The translations under genes were made by a program, and so were the position numbers. From a bacterium (GTDB lineage: Bacteria; Bdellovibrionota_C; UBA2361; CALJRW01), in contig JANNBC010000054.1 of the NCBI GenBank assembly GCA_031385045.1, positions 1-64,000 on the forward strand: a DNA stretch of 64,000 nucleotides. The letters are read 5' to 3'. The notes beneath the pieces are model-generated. The model was not told the DNA's origin. It saw nothing but the letters and a program-made list of their open reading frames with translations, and searched no databases. Position 1 is the first letter of the stretch, and each line of letters starts with the position of its first letter. Below, one piece after another: positions 41,452 to 51,140 of the stretch.

Positions 41452-42984
41452 ATGGATTTCACTAATGGCCTTCGGGCATACGCTAGATTACGTAACGCAA
41501 AGTTTAAAAGCTCCCCAATTAAGCTTCAAGAAAGGCAACTGCACAAATTACTAAAGAAGGCTGAAAATACAAAATTTGGTCAGGATCACCACTTCTCTCA
41601 AATTAAATCAGTAAGTGATTATCAAAAACTAGTTCCACTTCGCAAGTATGAAGATTTCTGGAAAGAATATTGGCAAGCAAGTTTTCCAATCCTAGAAGAT
41701 ATTACCTGGCCTGGTCGTATTCCCTATTTCGCTGTCACCTCAGGAACAACTACTGGAGCGACAAAGTACATTCCTTTAACCAAGGAAATGGAAAAATCAA
41801 ACACTAAAGCGGGCTTAGACTTATTAGTTTATCACTTAAATAACTACCCAGAGAGTAAGCTACTTTCTGGTAAATCATTTTTCCTGGGAGGAAGTACGGA
41901 ATTAGTAGAACAAGCGGAAGGAGTATTCAGTGGTGACTTAAGTGGTATGGTCGCTAAGAACATGGCTTGGTTTGTTAAACCATTTTATTTTCCCCCAGCA
42001 GATTTAGCTTTGCTATCTAATTGGGAAGAGAAAATTGATACCTTTGCCCGAGAATCATTAAAGCAAAAATTAAAATTAATTTCTGGGGTTCCCTCATGGA
42101 TGTTAATTTTTTTTCAAAAGCTCTTTGACTTACGTCCCGATGCCCAAAATTTAATTCAAAACCTTTTCCCCGATTTAGAAGTGCTAGTACATGGAGGAGT
42201 TAACTTTGCTCCCTATGAAAAACAATTTCGAAAACTAATAGCGGGAAGCAATATTCAATTTCGAGAAGTTTATCCAGCGAGTGAAGGATTCATGGCAATT
42301 GCTGACCGAGGCTCAGGGGAAGGTTTAAAACTAAACTTAGATCACGACATTTTCTTTGAGTTTGTTCCACTAAGTGAGCTTGATTCCCCGAATCCTACTA
42401 GGCATTGGGTCGGAAATATTGAAAAAGAAATTAATTATGCGATTGTTCTAACTAGTTGCTCTGGAATGTGGAGCTATATTGTTGGTGATACTGTTAAATT
42501 TGTTGATACGAAAACTCCCCGACTCCTTGTTACAGGTAGAACTTCCTATACACTTTCAGCCTTTGGTGAACATTTAATTGAAGATGAAATCCAAGATGCG
42601 ATTAGTACCGCCAGTAATGATATTAATAAATCAGTCAGCGACTTTTCCGTTTCGCCAATCTTCCCAGAAACTCCAGCTGATCTTGGGGGACATATTTATA
42701 TTGTTGAGTTTAAGGAGGGAGATCTGACTACCCCTGAAATTGAAAGATTTGCTAAAGTGCTAGACCGCCGCTTATCAGAAAGAAATGAAGATTACGAAGC
42801 CCATCGCGCTAAAGGTTATGGACTAAACCCTCCTAAAATTATTGTTGCAACACCAGGGACTTTCTCTGGATGGATGAAAAGTCGAGGTAAATTAGGCGGA
42901 CAAAATAAAGTCCCAAGAATTATTAATGACCAAGAATTATTACAAAACTTACTTAGTTATCTAAAGGAAGTGCCTACTAAATAG
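41452..42984 (+). CDS. GH3 auxin-responsive-like acyl-amino acid ligase
   Basis: TSGTT.G..KYIP, GDLSG, YPASEGF, YIVGDTV, NEDYEAHR, GGQNKVPR. Confidence 0.92.
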   Translation: MDFTNGLRAYARLRNAKFKSSPIKLQERQLHKLLKKAENTKFGQDHHFSQIKSVSDYQKLVPLRKYEDFWKEYWQASFPILEDITWPGRIPYFAVTSGTTTGATKYIPLTKEMEKSNTKAGLDLLVYHLNNYPESKLLSGKSFFLGGSTELVEQAEGVFSGDLSGMVAKNMAWFVKPFYFPPADLALLSNWEEKIDTFARESLKQKLKLISGVPSWMLIFFQKLFDLRPDAQNLIQNLFPDLEVLVHGGVNFAPYEKQFRKLIAGSNIQFREVYPASEGFMAIADRGSGEGLKLNLDHDIFFEFVPLSELDSPNPTRHWVGNIEKEINYAIVLTSCSGMWSYIVGDTVKFVDTKTPRLLVTGRTSYTLSAFGEHLIEDEIQDAISTASNDINKSVSDFSVSPIFPETPADLGGHIYIVEFKEGDLTTPEIERFAKVLDRRLSERNEDYEAHRAKGYGLNPPKIIVATPGTFSGWMKSRGKLGGQNKVPRIINDQELLQNLLSYLKEVPTK

Positions 42985-43032
42985 CAACCTAGGCTCTTGT
43001 CCTGTAGAAAAAGTCCCATTATAATAACTACT

Positions 43033-43701
43033 ATGAAATATCTAATCACTCTACTACTCTTACTTACTTCCGCCTCAAATATCTTGGCAGAAAATCACCC
43101 CAGAACCAACGTCGAAATGGAGTTAGCTAAAGATGCTCCAGTAGCTAATGAACTAGCCATCGCCATGAACTACATGATGGAGATGCTTCCTAAGCTTAAA
43201 GCGCACCGTGATCAATTAGCTAAGGGAAATATTTCTACTTTTGAAATGGGAACAGTTGCCCGTGATTTCTATAAGCTTTATGCCTCAGGATATTTGATGT
43301 GTTCAATTATGCATGGAATCTGCCAAGAGTTTTTAGATACGATCTTAGAGATCGATCTAATAAATTCAAAAATTACTGGAAAAGTTTCCTGCTTAAATAC
43401 ATTAAAAATGTGGAAAGCCTGGCTAGATAATGATATGGAACAAAGACATAGCCACCAAACAAAAATTACTCATGTTAATTTAGTGAGTAAGTTTAACCAA
43501 GAAGAACGTCCGAAATATCACCACTGTAGCAAAACAATTGAAGATCTAATTGCTGATTCTACAATTAGTCCAGCAGCATTTTTTAAGAAGCGTTATGCCG
43601 GAGACCTAGAGACGCCCGATTACATTCAGAAGACTATGGATTTCTTTAATTTCGTCAAAGAGAAAAACTTAGATGTCTACACTTCTGTCGGAATGAAGTA
43701 A
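43033..43701 (+). CDS. Hypothetical secreted protein
   Basis: Signal peptide MKYLITLLLLLTSASNILA; several Cys. Confidence 0.6.
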   Translation: MKYLITLLLLLTSASNILAENHPRTNVEMELAKDAPVANELAIAMNYMMEMLPKLKAHRDQLAKGNISTFEMGTVARDFYKLYASGYLMCSIMHGICQEFLDTILEIDLINSKITGKVSCLNTLKMWKAWLDNDMEQRHSHQTKITHVNLVSKFNQEERPKYHHCSKTIEDLIADSTISPAAFFKKRYAGDLETPDYIQKTMDFFNFVKEKNLDVYTSVGMK

Positions 43702-43702
43702 G

Positions 43703-45214
43703 CTACTTGGGATCGGAAACTCGACGAGAGAAATCAGTGTGCATCCGGTAAAGAGGAATAAATCCTTGATATAATTGTTTAAAAAATTGATAGTGCTCCT
43801 GATACGCTTGCACTGTATCTAAATTAGGCTCTGCCACGGTGCCAATCTTAGTCATCTTATGACCTGCATCTTCTAGCGAAGAAAACTCTTTCAAATAAGT
43901 GAACCCTAAAATAGCATTGCCAATTAGACATGGTTCTTCATTCTGCGATCTTGAGAGTTTTAAATTTAAAACATTTGCTAGGATATCTACCCAAATATCT
44001 GCTTGTCGCACTCCTCCTCCACCAATCTGAACTTCGTTAATTTCAATTCCGCTCTCAGTCAAACTCTCCTTAATCATATTTAGATTAAAAGAAACTCCTT
44101 CTAAGACGGAACGAACAAAATCTGCTTGTTTATGATATTCTCTGAGACCAAAAAAACTGGCCGAGCAGATACTTCCAATATTAATATCTCGCTCACCAGT
44201 TAAGTACGGCATAAAAAATAAATTATTACTGCCAACAGGGCTTTCATGCGCTAAGCGATCTATTTGTTGATAATCAATCTCTAATAGATTTTCCTTGATC
44301 CACTTTAAAGCTAATGCCGCATTATTTGTAGCACCACCAATTAGATATTTTCCTTCCATTAAATAAAAGGGCTGATAGCGCATCAACTTACTATCATCTA
44401 AAATTAAACGATCACTTAAGACTCGCAACATCCCAGAAGTTCCAATATTAGAAACCGCCTTGGCCGTCTGTAAACAATTCATTCCTAAACAAATTGCTCC
44501 ACCATCATAAACACCAGGAATAATCCGACAGTCAGTACTAACTCCGATCAACTTACAAATTTCAGCTTTAATCAGAAAAGCTTCTCCCGCAGGCTCAATA
44601 ATTTCTGGCAATTGATTAGTTTTTAAACCAACTAAATCAAGAATATTTTGTGACCACTGCTGATCAGCAATCCTTAAAAACTGGGTAGGAGATTCGGTGC
44701 TGGCCTCACTAATCAATTTGCCTGTTAAGGAGAATAGTAGCCATGCTTTAGAAGATAAATAATATGCTCCACTTTTTAAAAGTTCAGGATTCTTCTGCTG
44801 AAAATAAAACAAGCGCGGCAAGATTGACTGCATGAAGCTCGGGCAGCCAGTTTCTTGATATAACAAAGAGGCATCAGTTGCTTTTAAGAATTCTTGATAT
44901 GTACGACGACTACGGGTATCTAATAAAGTCGACATGTTAGAAATTGGCTGGAAGTTTTTATCTAGTACTACTAAGCCATATTGATAGGTGGAAATTACAA
45001 TTAGTAGGACTTGTGATTCATAACCAATTACAGCCTCACGACAAACTGTTAGTACGGCATCCAATAGCTCGGAAGGAGAATGCTCCGCAGCTCGAGACTC
45101 AACTCTTAAAATATTTTGTGCTCGTCGAACAACTTTAATTAGCCGTCCCTCCGAAGTCACTAAACTAGCTTTAATATTACTAGTTCCAACATCGACACTT
45201 AAAACTAAGCTCAT
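43703..45214 (-). CDS. FGGY carbohydrate kinase, gluconokinase-like
   Basis: VDVGTSNIK, YQETGCP, DGG, GTSGMLR, GGATNN, PYLTGER, SVLEGV. Confidence 0.85.
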   Translation of the reverse strand: MSLVLSVDVGTSNIKASLVTSEGRLIKVVRRAQNILRVESRAAEHSPSELLDAVLTVCREAVIGYESQVLLIVISTYQYGLVVLDKNFQPISNMSTLLDTRSRRTYQEFLKATDASLLYQETGCPSFMQSILPRLFYFQQKNPELLKSGAYYLSSKAWLLFSLTGKLISEASTESPTQFLRIADQQWSQNILDLVGLKTNQLPEIIEPAGEAFLIKAEICKLIGVSTDCRIIPGVYDGGAICLGMNCLQTAKAVSNIGTSGMLRVLSDRLILDDSKLMRYQPFYLMEGKYLIGGATNNAALALKWIKENLLEIDYQQIDRLAHESPVGSNNLFFMPYLTGERDINIGSICSASFFGLREYHKQADFVRSVLEGVSFNLNMIKESLTESGIEINEVQIGGGGVRQADIWVDILANVLNLKLSRSQNEEPCLIGNAILGFTYLKEFSSLEDAGHKMTKIGTVAEPNLDTVQAYQEHYQFFKQLYQGFIPLYRMHTDFSRRVSDPK

Positions 45215-46218
45215 CAGCGAATAATATTTAAATTCAACCCAGGAACAAACGATTCCCTTGGTACTCGTTTCTCAACAAAGACTGCTCTAAGATTATTAAC
45301 CATAGTTTCACCCATTCCCTTTGAAGACTGATCACTATAACCACCTAAATGTGGAGTAACAATCACATTGTCTAATGATAACAAAGGATGACTAGAATCA
45401 ATTGGCTCACCTTCGACAACATCGGTAGCATAAACTTTAATTCGACCGTTTTTTAAATATTTGATAATTGCTTGGTCCTCAACTAATTCTCCTCGAGCCG
45501 CATTACTAATAATCACGCCTGGCTTCATTAGCGCACAAGATTTTTCATTAATCAGGTGATGAGTCTTATCGTTGTGTGAGCAATGAAGGGAAATAAAATC
45601 AGACCGCTGGAATAAATTTTCTAGGGTACTAACTTGATAACCAAAACCTTCAATCTCACGAGCAGATAAGTTCGGGTCATAAACTAATATTTTAGCATCA
45701 AATCCTCGCTTTAAGATTTCAGCTGTTCTTGTTCCAATATTTCCTAAACCAATAATACCGATAGTTTTTCCAGTAATTTCAGTGCCAATATAATTAGCTC
45801 GTTTAGCCCAATTATTTTGATGAGTTGCTAAATCACCTTGCGGAATCCAACGAGCCGCACTCATTAATAATCCGACAGCGTGTTCAGCTACAGAGTTACG
45901 CTCAATCGGTCCAGCAACTTTAGTAACAATAATCCCTTCCAGCTGTGCCGTTGGTATATCAATATTATTAAAGCCAATTCCATGTCGAGCAATGATTTTT
46001 AACTTTGGTAGTTGCTTTAGTAAGTCTGCTGGATAATCAGGATTTGTACTAGCAATAATTCCATCGAATTTACTAAGTAGTGGTTGAAATTCTGAAGTTG
46101 TAATTTCCTTACTAACTTTTAAGACCTCAACTTCAGCGAATTCTCTTAGGGCCATTAGATGCTCTGGGAAAACTTGTCCAAAACTACTCGAGTTAACAAT
46201 AGCTAAACGCACTGTCAT
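45214..46218 (-). CDS. D-2-hydroxyacid dehydrogenase
   Basis: RHGIGFNNID, GIIGLGNIG, NAARG, DV..EP, TPHLGG; probable start MTVR at 46218. Confidence 0.9.
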   Translation of the reverse strand: MTVRLAIVNSSSFGQVFPEHLMALREFAEVEVLKVSKEITTSEFQPLLSKFDGIIASTNPDYPADLLKQLPKLKIIARHGIGFNNIDIPTAQLEGIIVTKVAGPIERNSVAEHAVGLLMSAARWIPQGDLATHQNNWAKRANYIGTEITGKTIGIIGLGNIGTRTAEILKRGFDAKILVYDPNLSAREIEGFGYQVSTLENLFQRSDFISLHCSHNDKTHHLINEKSCALMKPGVIISNAARGELVEDQAIIKYLKNGRIKVYATDVVEGEPIDSSHPLLSLDNVIVTPHLGGYSDQSSKGMGETMVNNLRAVFVEKRVPRESFVPGLNLNIIR

Positions 46219-46220
46219 AC

Positions 46221-47702
46221 TTAGATCTTTTTCCAAGGGTTCATTAAATTAACGACTAGCTTACTAACCTCTTCTGGTCCTTCAGAACCAGGCGAATAGT
46301 GATAAAGTGGAATAGAATTATCTTGCTCCCAGGCCTTTAAAATTGGATCCAGTACATCCCAAGACTCCTCAACTTCATCATCACGAATAAATAGTGTTTG
46401 ATCACCTCGTAGAATATCTAAGATTAAACGCTCATAAGCATCAAACATAACCTCAGAGAAAGACTCATCATACTCAAAATCCATCTCCACTGGGCGCATT
46501 TGCATATCTAATCCTGGAGGCTTGGAATTAAATTGAATAGAAATCCCTTCATTCGGCTGAATTTGAAAAGACAAGACATTTGGAGCAATTTGAAAGTTCT
46601 TAAGATTTTTAAAAATTGCCGAAGGAGTCTTTTTGAAATAAACATTAATCTCAGAATGTCGCTTAGTTAAACACTTACCACTGCGAAGAAGGATTGGGAC
46701 TCCATTCCATCGCCAGTTATCAATTTCTAACTTAAGGGCGACATAAGTTTCAGTTTGACTATCAGGCTTTACACCAGGATGTGCTAAATAGGCTTCGACT
46801 TTTTTGCCATTAACTTCACCTGCACGATACTGAGCTCGAATAACATTCTCCGCAATTGACTCGGCATCAAATCTTTTAAGTGATCTTAAGACTTTAACTT
46901 TTTCATCTCGAATTGAACGAGAATCTCCAATTGTTGCAGGGGGCTCAATACAAATTAAGCTGAGTAGTTGAAACAAGTGATTTTGAATCATATCCCGTAA
47001 ACAACCTGATTGATCATAATATCCAGCACGACCAGCAACATCAACCGATTCCGCAACTGTAATCTCAATCTGATCAATATATTTATGATTCCAAATTGAT
47101 TCAAAAATAGCATTTGTAAATCTAAAGAGAAGAATATTTTGAACTGTCTCTTTTCCTAAATAATGATCAATCCGATAAATCTGTTGTTCATTTAAGTATT
47201 TAGAAAAAACACGATTAAGATTTTTAGCAGAAGACAAATCTTTTCCAATCGGTTTTTCAACAATAAGATCCGTTCGATACCCCTGATTATTATCAGAGAT
47301 AAATCCATTCTCTGTAAGTTTTATTAAAATCTGCTCATAAAGATTAGGAGACGTCGCCAGATAAAAGAAATTATTTGCTGGCTCTTTACTAACCTTAAAG
47401 GACTCTAATTTTTCACGTAGCTTGATGTAAGCGGAGATGTCATTAGCATCCATTGGTAAATAATTGATCTTGGTCGCAAAATCGGCCCAAGTTGATTCGT
47501 TATAGTTACTGTTATTAGTAATGAAATAATCTTGCAGATTTTTAGCGAACTCATCATCGCTATAAATAGTTCGGGAGATACCCAAAATCTTAAAATCTTC
47601 CGCCAAATGGCCATTTAAAAATAGATTATAGAGAGCAGGAAAAAGCTTCTTTAGCGCTAAGTCCCCGTTTGCTCCAAAGATAATGAAATTTGAGTTACGC
47701 AT
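46221..47702 (-). CDS. zwf: Glucose-6-phosphate 1-dehydrogenase
   Basis: GANGDLA, EKP, RIDHYLGKE, RDMIQNH, NWRWNGVP. Confidence 0.97.
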   Translation of the reverse strand: MRNSNFIIFGANGDLALKKLFPALYNLFLNGHLAEDFKILGISRTIYSDDEFAKNLQDYFITNNSNYNESTWADFATKINYLPMDANDISAYIKLREKLESFKVSKEPANNFFYLATSPNLYEQILIKLTENGFISDNNQGYRTDLIVEKPIGKDLSSAKNLNRVFSKYLNEQQIYRIDHYLGKETVQNILLFRFTNAIFESIWNHKYIDQIEITVAESVDVAGRAGYYDQSGCLRDMIQNHLFQLLSLICIEPPATIGDSRSIRDEKVKVLRSLKRFDAESIAENVIRAQYRAGEVNGKKVEAYLAHPGVKPDSQTETYVALKLEIDNWRWNGVPILLRSGKCLTKRHSEINVYFKKTPSAIFKNLKNFQIAPNVLSFQIQPNEGISIQFNSKPPGLDMQMRPVEMDFEYDESFSEVMFDAYERLILDILRGDQTLFIRDDEVEESWDVLDPILKAWEQDNSIPLYHYSPGSEGPEEVSKLVVNLMNPWKKI

Positions 47703-47787
47703 CTAGATTACAAAATAGTTAACCTTGGCAACTATAGCCAAAGTTATTAGGTTTTACCAGTTTAAAGGCGGGGCGAGATTTTGCTAT

Positions 47788-47840
47788 GAATTAGTATTGT
47801 ATACTAAAACAGCTTGAGTTTTAGTATACAATACTAATTC
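47788..47840. promoter_or_regulatory. Perfect 23-bp inverted repeat made of two palindromic operator-like boxes
   Basis: GAATTAGTATTGTATACTAAAAC-agcttga-GTTTTAGTATACAATACTAATTC between the divergent zwf and GH31 starts. Confidence 0.7.
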
Positions 47841-47868
47841 TAAAATCCTAATAAAATCCCAGAAAGAT

Positions 47869-50025
47869 ATGACCGAAACTAGACTTTACCGATTTGGAAG
47901 CCCTGATCAAACTGATTCCATCCGCCATCAGCCTCAACCTGAAAAATCTTGGAATTCATCGGTAAACCTCCAGTACTATCAAACTTTCAATCAAACAAAT
48001 TTTAGCTTAAGCCTTAATCCCGAAAGTTCTATTTATGGATTAGGGCAAAACATCGGTCCAATAAATCGTCGAGGAGCAACGTATCGCTTATTTAATATGC
48101 AAGCTCGTCCCCAAACTCCTGACTGCCGTGCCGTGAATGGTCCCTATGCCTTTAGCATTATAAAAAATAAAAATTCCTGCCAGGGAATATTAATAGACTG
48201 CCCTGCAGAAATTAATTTTGATTGCGGATTCACAAAGCCAGACTTGTTATCGATCTGTATTGAATCTTTAGATTTCGATCTATATTTAATCGAAGGAATT
48301 GATGTTAAGGATATCTTAAAAGAATATACTAGCCTGACAGGCAAATCCTACTTACCCCCCAAATGGGCCTTTGGTTTTCAACAATCAAGATATAGCTATA
48401 TGAATGCCAAAGAGGTTCAGGAAATTGCTCAGAACTTTCGTAGCCGGCAGATTCCTTGTGATGCAATCTATCTTGATATTGATTACATGGAAGACTACAA
48501 AGTATTTACTGTCGATCCAGAGCCTTTTCCAAACTTCGCTAACTTTACAAAAGAGATTCAAGGACAAGGATTTCACTTAATCCCGATTATTGATCCAGGT
48601 GTGAAAATTGAATCTGGTTATAGCGTATACGAAGAAGGAGTTAGCAAGGGATACTTCTGTAAGAACGCTGAGGGTCAGGACTATATAGCAGCCGTCTGGC
48701 CAAGCCTGATTCACTTTCCTGATTTTTTACGAGCAGAGGTTCGCGAGTGGTGGGGAAATTTATATAAATTCTTTACAGATCTAGGTATATCAGCTTTCTG
48801 GAATGATATGAATGAACCAGAAATTTTTTACTCCCCCGATTCAATTCAGCAGTTAAAAAAGAGAGTAACAGAGTTGGACTACACTGCTTGGCGAGATCTT
48901 GATCCAATCCATTATAAAATTAATTTAGATCGCTTCATGTTAAACAGTGAAACTTTCTACCCAGATTTTTTTCATCAAACCCCTACTGGTCTAGTTCCCC
49001 ACCAAGAACTACATAATTTATATGGATTTAAAATGCTACAAGCTGCAAGTGAGGGATTGCAAAAACTAAATCCAAATCAACGATATTTTCTAATTTCTAG
49101 AAGTAGCATGCTGGGTGTAAATCGTCTTGCTGGTGTTTGGACAGGAGATAATAGTAGTTGGTGGGAACACTTAAAGTTAAATATTCAAATGGTTATTTCC
49201 TTAAACCTCTGTGGTGTCCTCTATTCCGGAAGTGATATTGGAGGTCATTGTGGTAATGCTGACGAAGAACTGTTAATCCGCTGGACACAACTTGGCGCCT
49301 TCCTTCCGCTCTTTAGAAATCACACCGAAAAAAGTTCTCGTCGACAAGAGCCCTGGGCATACTCCTCTACTGCAACCGAAATCATCAAAGATGTAATTAC
49401 CCTTAGATATGCTTTGATTGATTACCTTTATTCTGAATTCCTAAAGGCCAGAGAGCAAAACCTACCTTTTATTCGTCCAGTATTCTTAGAATTTGCAGAA
49501 GCTGGCCTTGATGAAATTAATGATCAATTTCTCTGTGGCGCATCCCTAATGATTGCCCCAGTAATTGAACCCAATGCTCGTCACCGAACTATAATCTTAC
49601 CAGAGTTTAATTGGCTATACTGGTGTGCCAGTAAACATGATCAATATAACTTTCAAGTCTTAGCACCTGGGATTCATCGTCTACTTGTAGCTCTAAACCA
49701 AATTCCAATTTTTATAAAAGAAAATCATTTAATTTTATTAACTGAGCCAGAGCAATTTCAAGGCGAGAAGATTAAATCTGAAGCAATAATTATTGGATTA
49801 ATCAACCAAGAATCAAGCTTCACTTTTTATTATGATGATGGGGTAACAATTAATTCTGAGATCCAAAAAATTAAATTTAAAGTGAGCTTAAAAAATAAGA
49901 TTTTAGAAATCGAGCAACAGCTTTTACCAATAACAGCGAAACCTCCATATCAAAATTTTAATTTTATGATCTATGATTTAGCTGGCAATCAGTATTACAA
50001 GCAAATTAGTCTTAGCCTTACTTAA
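47869..50025 (+). CDS. GH31 alpha-glucosidase
   Basis: PPKWAFG, YLDIDYM, IIDPG, FWNDMNEP (nucleophile), WTGDN (acid/base), DIGG, FRNH. Confidence 0.93.
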   Translation: MTETRLYRFGSPDQTDSIRHQPQPEKSWNSSVNLQYYQTFNQTNFSLSLNPESSIYGLGQNIGPINRRGATYRLFNMQARPQTPDCRAVNGPYAFSIIKNKNSCQGILIDCPAEINFDCGFTKPDLLSICIESLDFDLYLIEGIDVKDILKEYTSLTGKSYLPPKWAFGFQQSRYSYMNAKEVQEIAQNFRSRQIPCDAIYLDIDYMEDYKVFTVDPEPFPNFANFTKEIQGQGFHLIPIIDPGVKIESGYSVYEEGVSKGYFCKNAEGQDYIAAVWPSLIHFPDFLRAEVREWWGNLYKFFTDLGISAFWNDMNEPEIFYSPDSIQQLKKRVTELDYTAWRDLDPIHYKINLDRFMLNSETFYPDFFHQTPTGLVPHQELHNLYGFKMLQAASEGLQKLNPNQRYFLISRSSMLGVNRLAGVWTGDNSSWWEHLKLNIQMVISLNLCGVLYSGSDIGGHCGNADEELLIRWTQLGAFLPLFRNHTEKSSRRQEPWAYSSTATEIIKDVITLRYALIDYLYSEFLKAREQNLPFIRPVFLEFAEAGLDEINDQFLCGASLMIAPVIEPNARHRTIILPEFNWLYWCASKHDQYNFQVLAPGIHRLLVALNQIPIFIKENHLILLTEPEQFQGEKIKSEAIIIGLINQESSFTFYYDDGVTINSEIQKIKFKVSLKNKILEIEQQLLPITAKPPYQNFNFMIYDLAGNQYYKQISLSLT

Positions 50026-51133
50026 TAAATTCCTGGGTAAGGCTTTGGACCGCTTCAGATAAGAGACTGCGAGTAGCTGAAATTGTCTCTGCCACGGTCA
50101 TCCCTGATTTTTGCAAACTAAAAACTTTAGCAATACCGAAGTTTTGTGCCTCTTGTTCCGAAATCTTGGAAGAACCAGCAATCACGGCAAATTTACAGGA
50201 CTCCATCTTTCTACTTAAAAGACCAGAGACAACTTTCCCAGAGAGTGATTGTTGATCGAAACAGCCTTCTCCAGTTAACACCCAATCAGCAGTAGCTAAT
50301 TCCCGATCTAGTCCAATCAAGTCCATAATCACTTGAATTCCAGACTTAAGATTGGCATTAAAAAAAGCAAGCGCACCACCAGCTAATCCACCGGCAGCAC
50401 CAGCACCAGGAATATTGATGATATCTTTTTGAAATTTATTTTTTAGTAACTCAGCAATATGATTTAGTGCTAAATCTAATTGCTGACAGTCCTCAGAGCT
50501 TGCTCCTTTTTGTGGGCCATAAATAAAAGAAGCTCCATTTGATCCACAAAGTGGATTATTGACATCACAAAGCACTGTAAGTTTTGGCATTACTTGATCT
50601 GGCGCTAAAATCTCTTTCACTTGAAGTAATTCCTCAGCACCAAGAGAAACGGGACTACCATCTTCTTTTAAAAATTTCCATCCAAGTGCAACGGCAGCTC
50701 CAGTTCCTAAATCATTTGTAGCACTTCCACCAACTGCTAAAAAAATTTCCTCTGGGTAAAGTTTTAAAGCATCAAGAATCACCTCCCCCACTCCATAGGT
50801 AGTAGTAACCCAAGGGTTTAACTGATCTTTTGCTAAATGAGTTATGCCAGCAGCTTGAGCCATCTCAATAAAGACAGATTTTTTTTCTGGTAAGTAGAGA
50901 TACTTAGCCATTAACTTTTGCTGAGGCAAAGGCCCCGATACCAGCACATTTCTTACCTCTACCCCAGGCAGACTTGCTAAAACTTCTAAGGTCCCTTCCC
51001 CACCATCAGCAATCGGGCACTCCTTGATCTCCAGAGCAGGATTTATTCTAGCTAATTCTTTAGCTACCAAGGAACAAACCTCAGAAGCAGATAAGGAACC
51101 TTTAAAACTATCAAATGCTAAAACTATTTTCAT
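50018..51133 (-). CDS. Glycerate kinase (GlxK/GarK family)
   Basis: DSFKGSL, ADGGEGT, GGSATND, YGPQKGA, GAGAAGG, TGEG. Confidence 0.95.
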   Translation of the reverse strand: MKIVLAFDSFKGSLSASEVCSLVAKELARINPALEIKECPIADGGEGTLEVLASLPGVEVRNVLVSGPLPQQKLMAKYLYLPEKKSVFIEMAQAAGITHLAKDQLNPWVTTTYGVGEVILDALKLYPEEIFLAVGGSATNDLGTGAAVALGWKFLKEDGSPVSLGAEELLQVKEILAPDQVMPKLTVLCDVNNPLCGSNGASFIYGPQKGASSEDCQQLDLALNHIAELLKNKFQKDIINIPGAGAAGGLAGGALAFFNANLKSGIQVIMDLIGLDRELATADWVLTGEGCFDQQSLSGKVVSGLLSRKMESCKFAVIAGSSKISEQEAQNFGIAKVFSLQKSGMTVAETISATRSLLSEAVQSLTQEFIK

Positions 51134-51140
51134 GACCTAC

